A stretch of 59,019 bases of DNA, filler included, from Catajapyx aquilonaris (taxonomy: Eukaryota), in assembly GCA_000934665.2 (NCBI GenBank). It is 2 parts of 2 records of this genome, joined end to end, with 100 filler letters (N's around TTAATTAATTAA, not from the genome) between each part and the next. Parts side by side here need not be neighbours in the genome. Positions count along the whole stretch, not along the records: positions 29,556 to 59,019 come from JYFJ02004792.1; 1 more part is not named here. The stretch is one strand, 5' to 3'. Every line of letters begins with the position of its first letter. The first letter of the stretch is position 1. The notes below the pieces were generated by a model. It saw only the letters and a program-made list of their open reading frames with translations, was not told the DNA's origin and ran no database searches. The translations under genes were made by a program, and so were the position numbers. Positions 34,721-48,897 of this stretch are shown piece by piece.

Positions 34721-36712
34721 GATAATCCTGTATTTCTTACCCACGTGAAAATTTTTCAGACAACAGACATATACTCAAAAGTTTCTCGAAGAAGAGTTGT
34801 ATTTGCTTCTACTTGTAATTCACAGATGTTCAAAAGGTTACGAAAACATCAAAAACAAAAACGAAATACTTTTAGCGGAAAACTATTCAAATCATAAGTT
34901 ACAAATATTTTCATTTCATATTCATATGGTAAGTTAACAAAATTTGGCCTTATACGTCAATGGATCCTGCATAATGCAGTAAGTTTTGGAATGTAATATA
35001 TTAGACTATCATACTTTTTGGGAGTTCAAGCAAATTTTCGGAACTGGATTTTCATGCTAAATTCCGTGTAAATTTTCAGTTAGGTAAAATATTGACGAGG
35101 AAATATCCGAAACGCAACAAGCCCTGGCCATCCGTACATTTAATTATTTTTCCACATTTCGCACAAATGCTAAGAATAATTTTTTTGGTCATATTCAGTA
35201 TAATAGGTGCATTTGTTCATACCTTACAAAATTAAACTTGCTATATCCTTATAGTATAGTACTGACATTCCTGTGCAGGCACATTGGCACCTTTATGAGA
35301 CTGACCATCAGGCAACTGCACCCGTTATTAGACTGCAGTTTGCCACTGAAATATTCTTTTTGACTTGCCTGTATGTGCAGAATAATTTTACTATCTATCT
35401 AATATTTTCACTGCGCTGCGTATAATTTTAGATACTGTATAAGGCCAGTGCTAAAAAATATTACAGTCCTGAACTTATTGGTGCTGTTCTATGGGATCAC
35501 CTAAATAAATGCAATTACTGTAGAAAGAATGTAGTGTTTGTAAATCTTGGGCCGATATGTCATGGAATTCCCAGCGTGTATAAAAATTCAGTATGTCAGT
35601 AGTACACTATTAGTAGTAAACTACGTAGTTATGCGGCGCATACTTTTGGTCAGGTTTGTGGCCAACAGAACAATATTAGCTCAAATACGTATTACTTTGG
35701 TGGACACAAAGGACTTGAAATTCACAACGACTATAGTCATAATTTGGTCAAAATTATGTGTTGTTCATAGAGGCTTCAAAGGGTGCTTAGGTCTTGTTGT
35801 TTAGAAGTAAATAAGTGGCAATGTGCGATTTTGTATAGTACACAGACACACACAATATGTCATTCGTCTAGAAAATCGAAAAATTCCTCCCTAATTTGAT
35901 TTGATACAACCAGCCCTTATGATGGCCAAGTCAGATTTCTAGTAGAGAAATCATAGGCCCTTAGAAATTTATTAACATAAAAAATTATTCCATAAGGGAT
36001 AATGCAACAATTTTCAAACCCTCATAAGTTTTCGTCAAAATCAATCCAATGAGACTCTGATTGTACTTCATTTCAGGTTTTCCAATGGGAAACAGGCATG
36101 AAAGGCAGTGGGAAAACTCTGCCAACTTGGATCAATCTGTGTTCGAAAGACGCATTCCACTAGGCCACTCGTGCCCTTCGACAGTTTAGAGCGGTCAGAT
36201 TCTGAACGATTGAGTAGTCCTATATGTTGCACCCAACACTCCTTCTCAATTGTTAAGTCTCTAATATTGGCTGAAAAATAAAGTGGTTTCCTTCTATAAG
36301 GAGACGTCCAGGCATGAATATTGCTGTGCACTAAGATGTAATTTTTAGTGGAAGTTGTTCCTAAAAACGGGCAATATGAAAGCGTGCCAGTATTGTTTGA
36401 ATTCAAACTACAAGAGCCTCAGAATCGAAATAAAATAAAAGTAAAATAATCATTCTCCCATAAATCATTGCGGCCATATTATGATTACATAGATCTTTAG
36501 CTGACCTGTGACCCAGACAACATATCGATCGAATCATTTTAAGAGCTGTAGTACTGCAAACCAATGTCGAGTACTCTCGCCGCAAAGCCTATATTCTTAA
36601 CTCGCTTGGTCACTCCATAGGTTCTCCCCTGACAATTTTTTTTTGAGGTGGCGAAACATGTGAATATCACTCCATTCAAGGTCTGAACAATCCTCAAAAA
36701 CCCTGACGGTTT

Positions 36713-36910
36713 TTGAGGATGCTCAAAGGACTTCCACTTGAACTGTTGGAGAAGGACGCACGAGAATTCCTGACTGCACGTGGCAGTCATTACAGGGACA
36801 TTACTCACAGTCTCGAACAATTCAAATGGTGCACCTTTGAGCACACAGCGTATGGTCCAGACCATAGGTCGAGAGCTCTTCATATGTTTCATCACTTCCA
36901 AAAAAATTCC
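36713..36910 (+). mobile_element. Degenerate mariner transposase fragment
   Basis: DAR...LEQFKWCTFEHTAYGPD...HMF resembles the mariner DNARPH...W..HPPYSPDL...HLF motif. No intact ORF or TIRs were found. Confidence 0.55.
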
Positions 36911-38579
36911 CACTGGAAGACTAGAAATAGTGAAAGATGCGTGCCGGAGAGAATGCTCGTCATGTAAAGGCTTGAAAAACACATTGTATTGTTTTACGGC
37001 TTTTTAAATGGTCCCATAGCTTGAAAAAAGAAAAATGCTCTGATAGACATGTTGTTTGTGTCACGTCGCGTCGTATAGCTAAATATCTGTGCCGTCATAT
37101 GGCTATATGCTGAAATTTAGGATAAATTGTTTTTGAAATTTCCTATCAAACGTACCGTTTGATAACAAATTTCAAATATTTGACGCTTACTTTTAAAGTG
37201 TTCGAGCAAGACTGGCAGCTTTTTATGAATTTAGATAAAATTGGTAACAGTCGCCTAAGTCAATTCAGTGTCAGATGACTTATATGGCAGGTAGAAATAT
37301 TTTTACCAAAATCTCAGGCATGTAATTTATTTACTCTATCCACGGACAATTAAATGGCATGTATACAACGAATATGAAAATGTTTCGTCCAGAGGTATCC
37401 TGGCCCTATAAAACCATCACCACCCCAGTAATGCCCCAGTTTTTGTTTTTTTCGGAGCCCTTACCTTGGGCGAGTGCTGCTTGTTGCATCACTCCAGAAT
37501 AGTTATGCCGCGGCAAAACTGACAGATAGTGTATAATCTTCTACCGTACAAGATCCATCTCCCTTATCTCATAATAAACTTAGAAAAACTTCGATATTGA
37601 TTTTAAATGCCAATAGCATCTTCACGAGTATAATATATTATCACAAATCCATACACTGTAATATATTATTAATATATCCCATTCGAGAGGCGAAATGATT
37701 TAGTTCGCTTCTGCACTAATTTTCTCTGGCTATCTGGTGTCGAGTTCATGAAGAATACTGATCGAGATGTGAAGCCCCCAGGCAGTAACAAGCGAGAAAT
37801 GAATTCTTTATGAAGGCTTTGCAGTAAGACTTTTCTTCTACACTCCAGGAATTCCAGTTTCGATGTTGGTAACCCACACCCGGGAGCAAATCCCTAACCG
37901 CAAGTCCACTGGGCACTTGATTACATGGGTGCCTACTTAGGATCTAGGAAACCGCCCATTTGCTTCTTCTAACCTGATCCGGGATCCGCCATCTTGCCCG
38001 GAAAAGCAGGTGTCCGTTGTACCAGACAAGTCTTGGAGGACAAGACGGAAAAGGGTGTTCCAGTTTCTTTCTTTTCCCACGAGGACTTACAATTCCATTC
38101 TGGCGCACAAAGGTCCAAGCCAGGGATTTACATGGCGCGCTTACTCAAAAGGAACCTCCTTCCTCAGACTCCATTCTCAGGTAGTCTTAGGGAAATGGGG
38201 TTCTCTTCTTTTGTCCGGGAGCTGCAGCATATATTGCAAGAAGCTGACGGAAGCAGTACTTTCCCTTTATATTCTTCTCTGTCAGTGTAATCGACATATT
38301 GTGGTACACTATATCAAGAAAACTCTTACAATATATTCAATCAAGATCGGATAATCAGAGTCTCTTACATTCTGATGAAATGCATGTAGACAGTTTTCCA
38401 ACTTAATGTTCGTAGTGGTTAGCATTTCTTGGCTCTTAAGCTGTTTATTTTTAAACAGTTGCTTTTGAATAGTTGCTTTTAGTTATCAAAAGTATTACTG
38501 TAATTTATTGAAAAATTGCCGACCATTACGGACATTTCAGGTGGATCATATAGTGCCTAAAATAATAATGACAATATAA

Positions 38580-38818
38580 AAACCAACAAGCCGTAAGGGG
38601 AAATTTTTGGGGGGTTCAAGGTCACACGAGCTTAGGTGAGATGTGGGAGATTTGAATAGGTGTGTATTTGATGAAATTGGTAGCACTTTTTCCACACAAA
38701 AAATCATGAATTAGTAATTTATCATGCTATTTCAAACTGTGCCGTATATTGTCGCGGTCCGGACAAAATTGCGTCGCGGTCCGAATCCGGACCGCGGTCC
38801 GCCAGTTGAATATCCCTG
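38580..38818. mobile_element. Partial hAT-like MITE (right end), related to 39238-39649
   Basis: Shares ...GTCGCGGTCCGGACAAAATTGCGTCGCGGTCCG...CCGCCAGTTGAATA.CCCTG with 39580-39649. Confidence 0.6.
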
Positions 38819-38873
38819 GACTACACAATGCTGTTGGAACGCATTGTACAGTAGAGAGAACTATAACTTACTA

Positions 38874-39193
38874 CCGTAGACGCGTAGAATCTTGCGAGTC
38901 CACAAGCAAGAAATAAACAGGGGTGATCGTCATTGATCATAATAGAGGAAATTAAATTTAAAAAAAAAATATCATATTAACCAAACTAATCAGTGATCAG
39001 TTTGATTATCAAACTGATCACTGATTTGTATGTCTATGACACACACACACTAGGCCTCTTAGTTCCCGTGACTTAGTTTGGTTAATATGATATTTTATAT
39101 ATTTTTAAAAAATTTTAACTTTTGCCACTCTCAATGACGATCACGGGAGTTTACTGCCTACTTATAGCCTCGGAAGATTCGGCGCGTCTGCGG
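38874..39193. repeat. Degenerate foldback/MITE with internal perfect hairpin
   Basis: Imperfect arms 38874-38989 / 39072-39193. Internal palindrome AATCAGTGATCAGTTTGAT-T-ATCAAACTGATCACTGATT at about 38988-39027. Confidence 0.6.
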
Positions 39194-39237
39194 CATTGAT
39201 TGTGAAAGTATAGAATATTTATTTCTGCTGTATAGAC

Positions 39238-39649
39238 CAGGGGTATTCAACTAGTTTATGACAAGGTATTTACCTTTCCTGGGCCATTGAAATGATATGG
39301 ATTTTATATGGTACCACAGGGTTCATTTTTGAAAATAGAAACATTTCCAGCAAGGGTAGAAGGGCCTATTAAGACATTTTCGCCCTTTATGAAGTCCTGT
39401 ACAGAAATTTTTTCGGAGGGGCACCGATTTCATAAGCACAAGGGAAACAAGCCGTAAAGGGCAGGGAGCCAGCCCGCCGCATGCGAAATTTTTGTGGGGG
39501 TTCAAAGAGATTTGAAGCACTTTTTCCCAAAAAATCATGAATTAGTAACTTCTAATGCTATTTCAAACTGCCCTGTATATCGTCGCGGTCCGGACAAAAT
39601 TGCGTCGCGGTCCGGATCCGGACCGCGGTCCGCCAGTTGAATAGCCCTG
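39238..39649. mobile_element. hAT-like MITE
   Basis: TIRs CAGGGGTATTCAACT ... AGTTGAATAGCCCTG. The 8-bp flanks (GTATAGAC / ATCTACAT) only loosely fit an NTCTAGAN-type target. Confidence 0.6.
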
Positions 39650-42600
39650 ATCTACATTATAATGATTGCTATACTCTTGTATTGAGGCACGAGTCAGTAT
39701 TATGACCGGGGCAGAGACGGATAAGGTTGGGATTCCTCTAGTTATTATATGGATGTGTTGAGACACCGGTACCAGCATGCTTTTGAATACACGGAATATG
39801 TGGAATGGAAAATACAGGGTGCTGCTGGTTATTGTCCGAATCTTCTGTTCAAACGGGAGGCGGATTCTGAGAATAGGCGAAAAAATTTGGATTGCTCGCT
39901 TGAGCAACCAGTTAAAAAATATAAAATAAAATAAAATAAAAGAAAGAAAGAAAGAAAAACAGGACAAGGGAATGTGGTTCTTGTTTTCAACAGGTTTCTC
40001 TCTTAAACTTGATATCGGGATAAACAATCCGTACAGTATATTTTCCCCTATCCTCTTGAACTGGAGACTCGGGCAATGCACTGTCCTGTATAAACATTTA
40101 TTTTTCCCCATTTATAGTAACGCTTTTTCTTACTCCCCTTATTTGAAACACGTCATCTGTAGAACCCACGTACTTCTTCCTCCATTTATTGCTGCCTTCT
40201 TGTAGCCTCCCACTCAACGAACACATATAGTAATAGCCGCAAAAAGTATTGCTACCCTACGAATCCAAATGGCAAACTCAACACTTGTGTTGTTCTTGAA
40301 CTTGTCCACTCCATTTATGCACCTCCACCTTTGACTAAACCGGACTAAACCCATTTTTCTCCGCCGATTTCCTCAGCACTGCAATTCGGCAATGTTGAGC
40401 AAGAAAGCACATCTCCCTCAGGTTCGGAATAATGACTTAATGCGCAACTGCGTGGAGAAACTTGCACTTAGAGAGGAAATTGCAAATGGGAACAAAAGTC
40501 AGGGCTTTACTGCCGTTTTGGCCCATTTTCCACGATTCCGAGTGATGTTAATTCCGTCCCACTTCCTTCCCTTCAAACTGCGGCGGCGAAACGCTCCCTT
40601 TCCCAAACACTCGCCTACGGAGCCGTCTTTGAGGATAAATTGCTAAATTGTCGAGCCATTAGCATAGAAAGTCGGTCAAATCATTGCGACCAATTGGGGA
40701 ATTTTACGAGTGTCGCTCTCTTGGGACGCTGGCTGCCGCTTTCTGCTTCCCCCTATTGCTTCGGCAGGCAGCTGGTGCGAAAAAGCTAATTCACTTTCCA
40801 TACAAACGACCACGTTGCGGTCTTCCCTTACGTACCTCATTAGATGCCAAGGAACGGCTAAGAAATCTAACGCCCGGCACTTGTGGATGTCATTTGCATT
40901 CAATCCGCTGCTAAATCAGCTTAAGACACTGCTGCGAGCCAGTCAGCAAAAGCCTATAGGAGCTCTTTACACACTTGTCCCATCGCCAATCGGATCCGAA
41001 TTACTGCTTTACTTCTTACGGCTACATTACTGTGGCTGGCACGCGCTACAAAACAGTTACTTGTTCCGGTAGGTACAGGGTGTCCCACTGCTCATTCAGA
41101 AACGCGAAAACGGAACATGAGAAGTAACGAGTTACATGAGGGGGCTATTAGGTTGTCAAATTGCCTCGGAATTGCCCTGTTTCCTTGCCCCCAACTCGCC
41201 AAAAGAGCACTGAATGTGACTCATTTCTTTCCAGTCCCCTACCCACCATCCCTTAATTCATACCCTACTGTACCGAGTGTACCGTATATACATACCGAGT
41301 AACCCTTGTGCGAGTAATAAGTCAGCAGTGTGGCTCAACTACCGGAGGCAGAGTGTGGCAAATTTGAAACTGTTTATTTTGCATCCCAAATTAAAGCTGG
41401 ATAACCTTATTACGCCCAGGGCATTACGTATTATCCTTCATTTTTTAGCAAAAGATATGGACCCGCTGTAATGAAAACGCGGTATAAAAATTCTGGACTA
41501 CCACGCACCACATTCAGACTCAACAACGTGAATAATACTTGGTGAAGCACAATATGTGTAAATCGCGTTTTTGTCAATATATTCGTGATCTGCGTACGTT
41601 GCAGTTGAAATAGATCACCCTGTATTAATAGGCTGCCACAATAATAATCTTGGCATGAACAACCTACTTACGGGCAAGCCAAGGGGGCAAAAGAGGTATT
41701 GTACCAAAAGTACTGGGCTCTATATTAATATTGTCCTCCAAAGGTCATGCTGCTATCCTGAACAAGGCGGCTTAGGCAGTATACAGCCCCCTCGCTTGAA
41801 ATAGAATAAATCTCATTAGCCCCAATCCTTTCATTACAGCGGCGCAGCATTTTCCTCGGCGACTTTGTTCCCGGGAATCTCTCCCATCTCTCACCTACCC
41901 ATAGAGCCCCTTTAATGCCTGTCTCGCTTCCGTAAATGTAGGCAGACACCGCCGGGTGGCCCTTCCAAGCAAAGCAAGTGCCTGATTCCTTCTGAGGGGC
42001 CCAACCGATGGACGCTTGATCCCCGGATGATCCTACGGGGGTTGCGCGTCTTAATCAAGGGCGCGAACGCTCTTAAATGGTTGGAAGTACGGGAAGTGAG
42101 AGGGGGATCTCTGTGCTGTGGCGAGTGTGTATATACGTTATAGGGGGCCTGGGCTCTCCTCTTTTGGGACCGCAGCTAGAGCCGTGTTTAAAATTCATGA
42201 CATGGAGCCCAGCATTAGAGCCCCAAGTGCGGAAAATTATAATCTAAACCCCTGCTGCCTTTTCGCAGGTTTTGGAGGGTCCCGAGATAGAGGTGAACTT
42301 TTATGGGGGGCCATCATCGACTGCGTGCCGGCGACTCTATTCGGGGATTTGGCATCTCCAGGAGTTCTGAACGGTTGGGAGGTCAAGAGAGACCACACCC
42401 ACACCCTCAAAAACTGGGTTCCACTCTCTTATGTTGAAAGCCCACACATTCGCACATGTTAGATTCACACAAGGCTATACGATGGACAAAGGGGGTGAAA
42501 AATACCTTGATGATATACTTTATGACACACGTTCTGCGGTTGTGACGATTCGTTCTAGGCCACGCAGTAGTCCAAGTTGTTTCCAGGGCTTTTACCCCCC

Positions 42601-43966
42601 TGTTCTTATCTGGTCTGCGAAAGCTTTCTTTGATAATATTTTTAGTCCCGCGGGAAGTCCTGGAGAGCCTTGGAAATTATTGATGCGTAACCCTAAGAAG
42701 TAGCCACTGACAAGAACCATTCTTTGTTTCTTATGTTTCATTGTTCCGACGTAATTGTATTCATTCCCTTACAATAATTGAGTAACACGCATGAAAGCTT
42801 GCGAAGCTGCAAGAAGTACGGATGGTGATGAGGTCATCCTGACATACCGGGCAAGACAATTAATTGAGCTTCTGGAAGGGTGGTGCGAATAATTCACATT
42901 TTCTGGGTATTGCATTGGCGTCCGTGGATTAATCCCTCATTTATAACCACTCTGTGCACGATGTAGCAGAATAATTGAACTACGTAGGCTATACAGTATT
43001 TTACATGATTTTCTTAAAAGATTTACTATCTGTCGGAAGACTTTGGGTATGAGTACAGGTTATACCAGGAAGTACACTATGTATCCCTGTGGGCTACTGG
43101 GCTATACATTAAACAAACAGGTGAATAGAAACTTCTTTAAGTTTGATGTACGATGGGATCAACTCCTTGGTAATATTCATTGTATAGGCCTATTCCAAGA
43201 ATACACATACCCATTGGCCCTTATAAATATTGTCCCTTTCCGTCAAATCAGTAGCTTGCACAACCGATAATGCGAATCCAGCGAGTCCCAGTGTTGAGAA
43301 CAGCGTCACCTTGGGATGCAAGCGTGACGAAGCAATGACGCTACTAATTTGGCACACTTGCAGATCTAAGTAGGAAGTCGTCTGGGGGAGATTTGCAATT
43401 GCGCTCCGGAGACCGACAAGAGCAACCCTCAGGCAACTCGGAGGAATACCAGTAATCTCTAATTAAATTGGGTCGGGATCGATGAGACAAACAAATCATT
43501 TTGTTCGCCCCAAATGCGCTTAACGAGAGTCGTTGCCGTCGTCGTCGTCAATGTCGACGTTCCTCTGAAGGTTGCATCCTTAGTCACTAATTCTATTTTG
43601 ACGACTGTAGCGTGGAACCCATTAATGATGAATCAGACGTAATTAAGTGTTATTAATATACGTTTCTTGCTGGGGTGAAATTTCTGGAGCAAAATTGCAT
43701 GGCACGCACGCGCTGAAGCACGCACCTCAACGCGCCCAAATTTACGTGCTACTTCAAATCGCCAACAAACTAGGTCTGATGACAAATTATAAAGGCCGCT
43801 GCGGCGTAATGATTAGATTAACACAACATTTCGGGGTGGGGTGGAGTGGGGGATTCACTTGCCGGCCCAGTCACGCCACTCAAAAATGCTCCCAGCGTCA
43901 TAGTGTGTATGAGTTGATAGCCACATTCTATCGATTTCATAACGACGTCAAACGGAACTGGATGTA

Positions 43967-44265
43967 CACACAAAACGTTTTGACACAACAAAATGTGTAC
44001 TTTTTTGTCGAAACCGACACTGTAAAAAGTGTCATCTCAAAATACGACACGAAAATACGCGTTGAAAGACACATTCTGCAGCGGAAAATCACACGTGTGC
44101 GCACTATGGCATACATATGTGCCACCTGATACGTTTGGCGTGTCTTTGCACAGAACAGAATTAGGATGCAGTGTGTCATATCAAATGGCTCACAGTTCTC
44201 GGTCATATGACACAAACTCGTTGACATAGTTCCGTGTCGAAAATGTGTCACCGTTTTTGTGTGTG
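43967..44265. mobile_element. MITE with CACAC termini and TA flanks
   Basis: TA|CACACAAAACG...TGACACA and TGTGTCA...CGTTTTTGTGTGTG|TA, with several internal GACAC/GTGTC motifs. Confidence 0.5.
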
Positions 44266-46897
44266 TATTCTGTACAAATATAGCTAGTGGGCATATGAAA
44301 TGTAAGGATTTATACTACGTACAATACGGTAATATATCTGATCCTGTATCATAGTTATACCTGCTATAATGAATGGTCAGCGTGCCTCAACCGCAGCGCT
44401 ATTGTAGTTATAACCAGCACAACCATAAATATAATTATTATGTAGTGCCTATAGTTTCCCCTTCCTTCCAAAGTCTCTCCCCAGTACGGAGCACAGTGTA
44501 TAGTGTATACCTAACCTAATGAATATCCTCTACATTTACTCAATATACAGTATACCCAATTCACCTCCGTTAATATAGTCATGAGAGACGGGTAGTGCAG
44601 TGGATGGGTGGGTATATCATATAAGAGAGGCTTTCAGAGGGGAAAAGTTAGAGCGGATTTCACAAACATGCCACACTCTAGGCAATATTTACCGCTCATA
44701 CTGCTCCGGTCCTGCTACATTAGTGTGCTTTCTGTCCTGTAATCCGTCCAAAGGCATTTTTTAGTTAGATGTTTATTTCAACATATACACACCAACAGCT
44801 TTCATTGCTTTTACAGGTATAGTTGCGGTAGAAACTTGTCAATAACCCCNCCCCCCCCCCCCCCTCTCGGTTTGGCCATCTATTTGGCCAGGCCTGGACT
44901 CTCATATTTAGAGTAAACCTTGAACCAAGCGCGCCCAACTTTGGTAAGAGCTACTAGAAAATTAGCCGAGTGGTTAGCAATCCGGATTCAGGCTTCCCGG
45001 ATAAAGCCAGACGCCCGGGACATGGGGGAGTGTTTCAAGCCTGTGCACTCTTTGTCCGGATCTGTGACTTTGAACCGAATCCTGCGGTGCGCCCCGTACC
45101 GAATTTAAAAGTATCATTGCGGGGTTAAGCTAGATTAGCTACCCGATCGGATGCCACCGATCCTGAGCCAAAGTTGACGCTTGTCGCTACGTCGCTCCAT
45201 TTAGCCCGGAGAAAGCCACACTCTAATTGCCACCAAAGTGGCTTAGATTGCATTAGTCTCGGAATATTGCGCCTAATTTCTGCTCCTTCTCCCTAAGTGG
45301 CATTTGCATACATTTTCACTCGCTTTTTGCGTCGGGCTCTGGAATATCATAAGATCCATGTACTCACCGGACTAATCAAAGGAGGAGATGGACGCCGACA
45401 CGTTTCTGATATAATTAAGTCTATTTAACTATAGCTATAAGTTCTTTCCGTATACCCACTGTTGCGCGATGAGTTTGGCAACTCGCTGTTATAGCTAATA
45501 ATAGAACAATATCGAAATCAAAAACTAATACGAACATTTCATGCCATGTAATAATCAATCTGGTATTTTTTCGCGTACAAATGAAATAATAAAATAAAAC
45601 ATCCTCGTAAATTTTAAGCACCACTGATATATTTGACGCTAATACTTCAGTAGTTTATTTGGAGGCTGTGTGAAAATTACGTTTGTGTCGTTGGCAACAC
45701 CGGCGACTAAGCGTTCTCGGAATAAAACAAAACCATTTAACAACCACAACAAACGCCACTGGGAATATATATTTAATAACCATGCACTGGCAGCCTACAT
45801 TAATTTGCCGCAAACTCGGTGAACTGTAATTATTGGATTGATCAGGCGGTTCATTTTAATGTTAGTACATAAAGATGTAAAACATAAAAATGCCACAATT
45901 TTATATCGATATATACGGTACCTTTATAATGGCAAACACGTAAGAGGTAAATGTCCATAAATTACTACACATAATGTTCATAACGTGTAGGAGGGAAATG
46001 TGTTGTGAGTAGGTAAGGTAATGTGTATAGCTGATAATGTAACTTATTCTGAGGAATACCTGGGTAGAATATTATTTTCTTATCTAATTACATTTTCATT
46101 TTGCATTAGTTACATACCCAACTGTCTACAGTAGTGCCATGTTTCTTCATCGACTTTAACATTAATAGTTGACGACAGTTTAATGCAACAGTTGGAGAAA
46201 CGTGGCACAAATATATTGGAAACTGAGTTACTGGACTCCTGGCTTTTACAGCAACAACAATTCTTTGAAATCCACCTGGAAATAATGAGAGAAGGGAGGA
46301 TCAAGGTGACGAAATAAAAAGACTTCATTACTCTTCCTTTACTTCAGTAAAAGCACCAATTCCCAAGACACAAATTATGAGTCCATATTGTTCAGCTCTC
46401 TCCTGGGCCCCCACCCTCCATCGGCCAAAGTCCATGTATCTTCAGCAGGCAGCTTTCATCATTCAAACATTCTGCTCCCACCCTCCCTAGCTCGCAATAC
46501 TCACGCTCAAGGGAACATTGTGGCCAGTTGATGAGTGGTGATGGAATTTTTGAGCAAATAATATATCCTGCACTTGTTAAAGCAATGTTTTTTACTCGAT
46601 GACACGTTTCCAAGTATGGAGTAGGTCTAATTTTAAAAACCTCTATGCATCTACCACACAGACTACACAGGTAATTAATGTAAAGTGCATACCCGCTTCC
46701 TATTTTTATTCTTAATTATTTAATTTTCTGCAATGAAAAGAAGTTGTTGAGGCTGTAAAATATAATGATGCATTGTCTAAGAATATTGTTTGACACAACA
46801 GTGTGTCCATCAACAATATACGCTCCTTATTCAAACATACGTAAGTGACATAATTTCACATGTGCGGTGATGACAAGGTCTATCATTCATATTTATA

Positions 46898-47185
46898 TAC
46901 CGAAGCAGTTTGGTGGAGTGGCTATAGGGTCCGACTGCTAATCGGGAGGTCCTGGGTTCGAGCCCCGGGGCCGGCAACTCTAACCGTGGTTTTCTGTGGT
47001 TTCCCACGGTCCCTCCAGGAGAATTCCGGAGTTGTTTCCTAAATTAATAGGCCACAGCCGCCTCCTTCCTTCCTATCCCAAAAAGCAAAGTAAAAATGTA
47101 CGCAAGAGTTCCAGACAAACCAAAGAAAAATCCCCCCTAAAGAGCCGAAAAAGGCTGATAACGGGGTAAGATATTATATTATTAT
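46898..47185 (+). mobile_element. tRNA-derived SINE, family 2, copy a
   Basis: tRNA-like head (CTGCTAA loop, B-box GGTTCGAGCC), (ATT)n-like tail and a 17-bp TSD TATCATTCATATTTATA (46881-46897, 47186-47202). Confidence 0.85.
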
Positions 47186-48897
47186 TATCATTCATATTTA
47201 TAATTTTTCACTATTTTAATTCATTGGTAATATGGGAAAGGGAGAGGGTTTTTATGTATAGACTACAGTACGCTTATGTTACTTGCATGCATTATGCCTA
47301 TTGCACATATGCATGAGAAGTTTTATTGAACTCATTTTTTGATCAGCAAAGCATAACACAAAATACCCGGAAAATACATCTGAACAACATGTCCTTTATG
47401 TAGTGTGACATAAATGTAGACTATTTTTTGTATTTAAAAACACACTCCAGTAACATGCACATTTCGGATATCCCATGACTTAATCCATTCACAATAAATT
47501 CACGATTGTTATTTGTGCTCATCACAAAGAGAACGCATGAGTTGTTGAAAAATCATTGAGAAACCTATTGAGCTTAATTTATTTGGAAACAAACCCTTTT
47601 CACCGCAATAAATATTATTGCTATACTCACTGAGCAAGTAAAGGGACAATAATTTTCTAAAATGGGGTGACGGGATATAAAACTGACTCGCATGTTATCA
47701 CACTTGATTGTAATCGGACTTATTTGACCTACCATGAGCAAGATTTTGTATACTACATAATTATGTCCGTTTCACCGCATCTCCTTATAGCGAAAGTTAT
47801 AATGAGTTTCAAATGAGGGACACGGTCCAATTTCTGATGAAAATCACGTAGTGACCGCTGCCAGATATGAGCTTTTCCTATACTCGACCCGCTGCTAAAC
47901 GCGCAGTGTCCAAAATTACCCAGTGGTTATTTAGCCTCTAGCTTTAGGCACGTTTTAAACTTTAATTATTAGGACAGCACTGTAGCCATAATGCGTGAAG
48001 CGAATTCTTTTACCTTGTTAAAAAATACCACCTCTGTGAATGAAGGCTTCATGTTAACTAATCATGCGGGAGGGTCAGACTTTAATCGTGAACAATAAAC
48101 AATATGAACTCGTTGTTTATGGTCGCTGCAATAAATGAATGGATCATTACCATTATGGCAGCAAGTTTAGAGTCATCACCCAATAGATTATCCTAATGTG
48201 CTGTTTTCCGATATTGAATTAGCGTATACTTTGGCAATGCTAGTTGGAATTGCAATAGTGCAACAGTACTACAAGGGGAGCTGCCTAAATGAAAATCAAT
48301 TTCAGATGTAACAATTAAATTAACCATTTCGGTTGATAGTTCGATTAATTGGCCCCAGTCGTCACATCCTTGTAGTATTCCAGTTCATGTGTGTTACGAA
48401 CTTAATTAATACACGATGTGCTCGTTGCCACGAGCACCGTTAATAGCAAGAACGGATTCGAACCGACAATAAAAGAGTTATCAAACTCGTGCTCCTTTTT
48501 CTGAATGAAATAGTCGAGTTGATATAAATACAACAATAATAATAATCTGGTGCGAATATTATTGTGAGGCAAGTTTTACAACCATACCAAAATAATTTCA
48601 ATTTGAGCTTTGTTATTAGTACGGCATTTATAACAAGTAAGATATCTCTCCTCTTTGGTCCTAGCAGCTATCACGATACAACGTTTGAGGGGAGTAGGTG
48701 TGGTGGAGAAAGGTGATAGCCCTCATTTTTGTCGTTTTTGACCTGAACACCTAGCAACTACATAAAAGACACAACAAACAGTTTGGTATATACTCCAAGT
48801 TCACGTATCATGCACGAGACGGCAACACGGACTAGATCAAATCCTTGCATTCCCTATGATTTGTGCAAGGGGGTAACCACTTCGTGGAACATGTGTA

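Noticed and set aside
37994..38354. Possible LINE zinc-knuckle remnant (WR...KWG...C..C...ILLCQC)
   Set aside because: The resemblance is too weak to call without a profile search.
39563..40111. 182-aa ORF
   Set aside because: Runs through A/T-rich simple sequence and a MITE end, with no domain or splice support.
41076..41622. Possible MITE bounded by TA|CAGGGTG...CACCCTG|TA
   Set aside because: Only 7 bp of terminal match and no further TIR similarity.
46898..46976. tRNA-Ser(GCT)-like gene (also 50015-50091 and the family 1 heads)
   Set aside because: Poor acceptor stem, attached conserved body, tail and TSDs show these are SINE heads.
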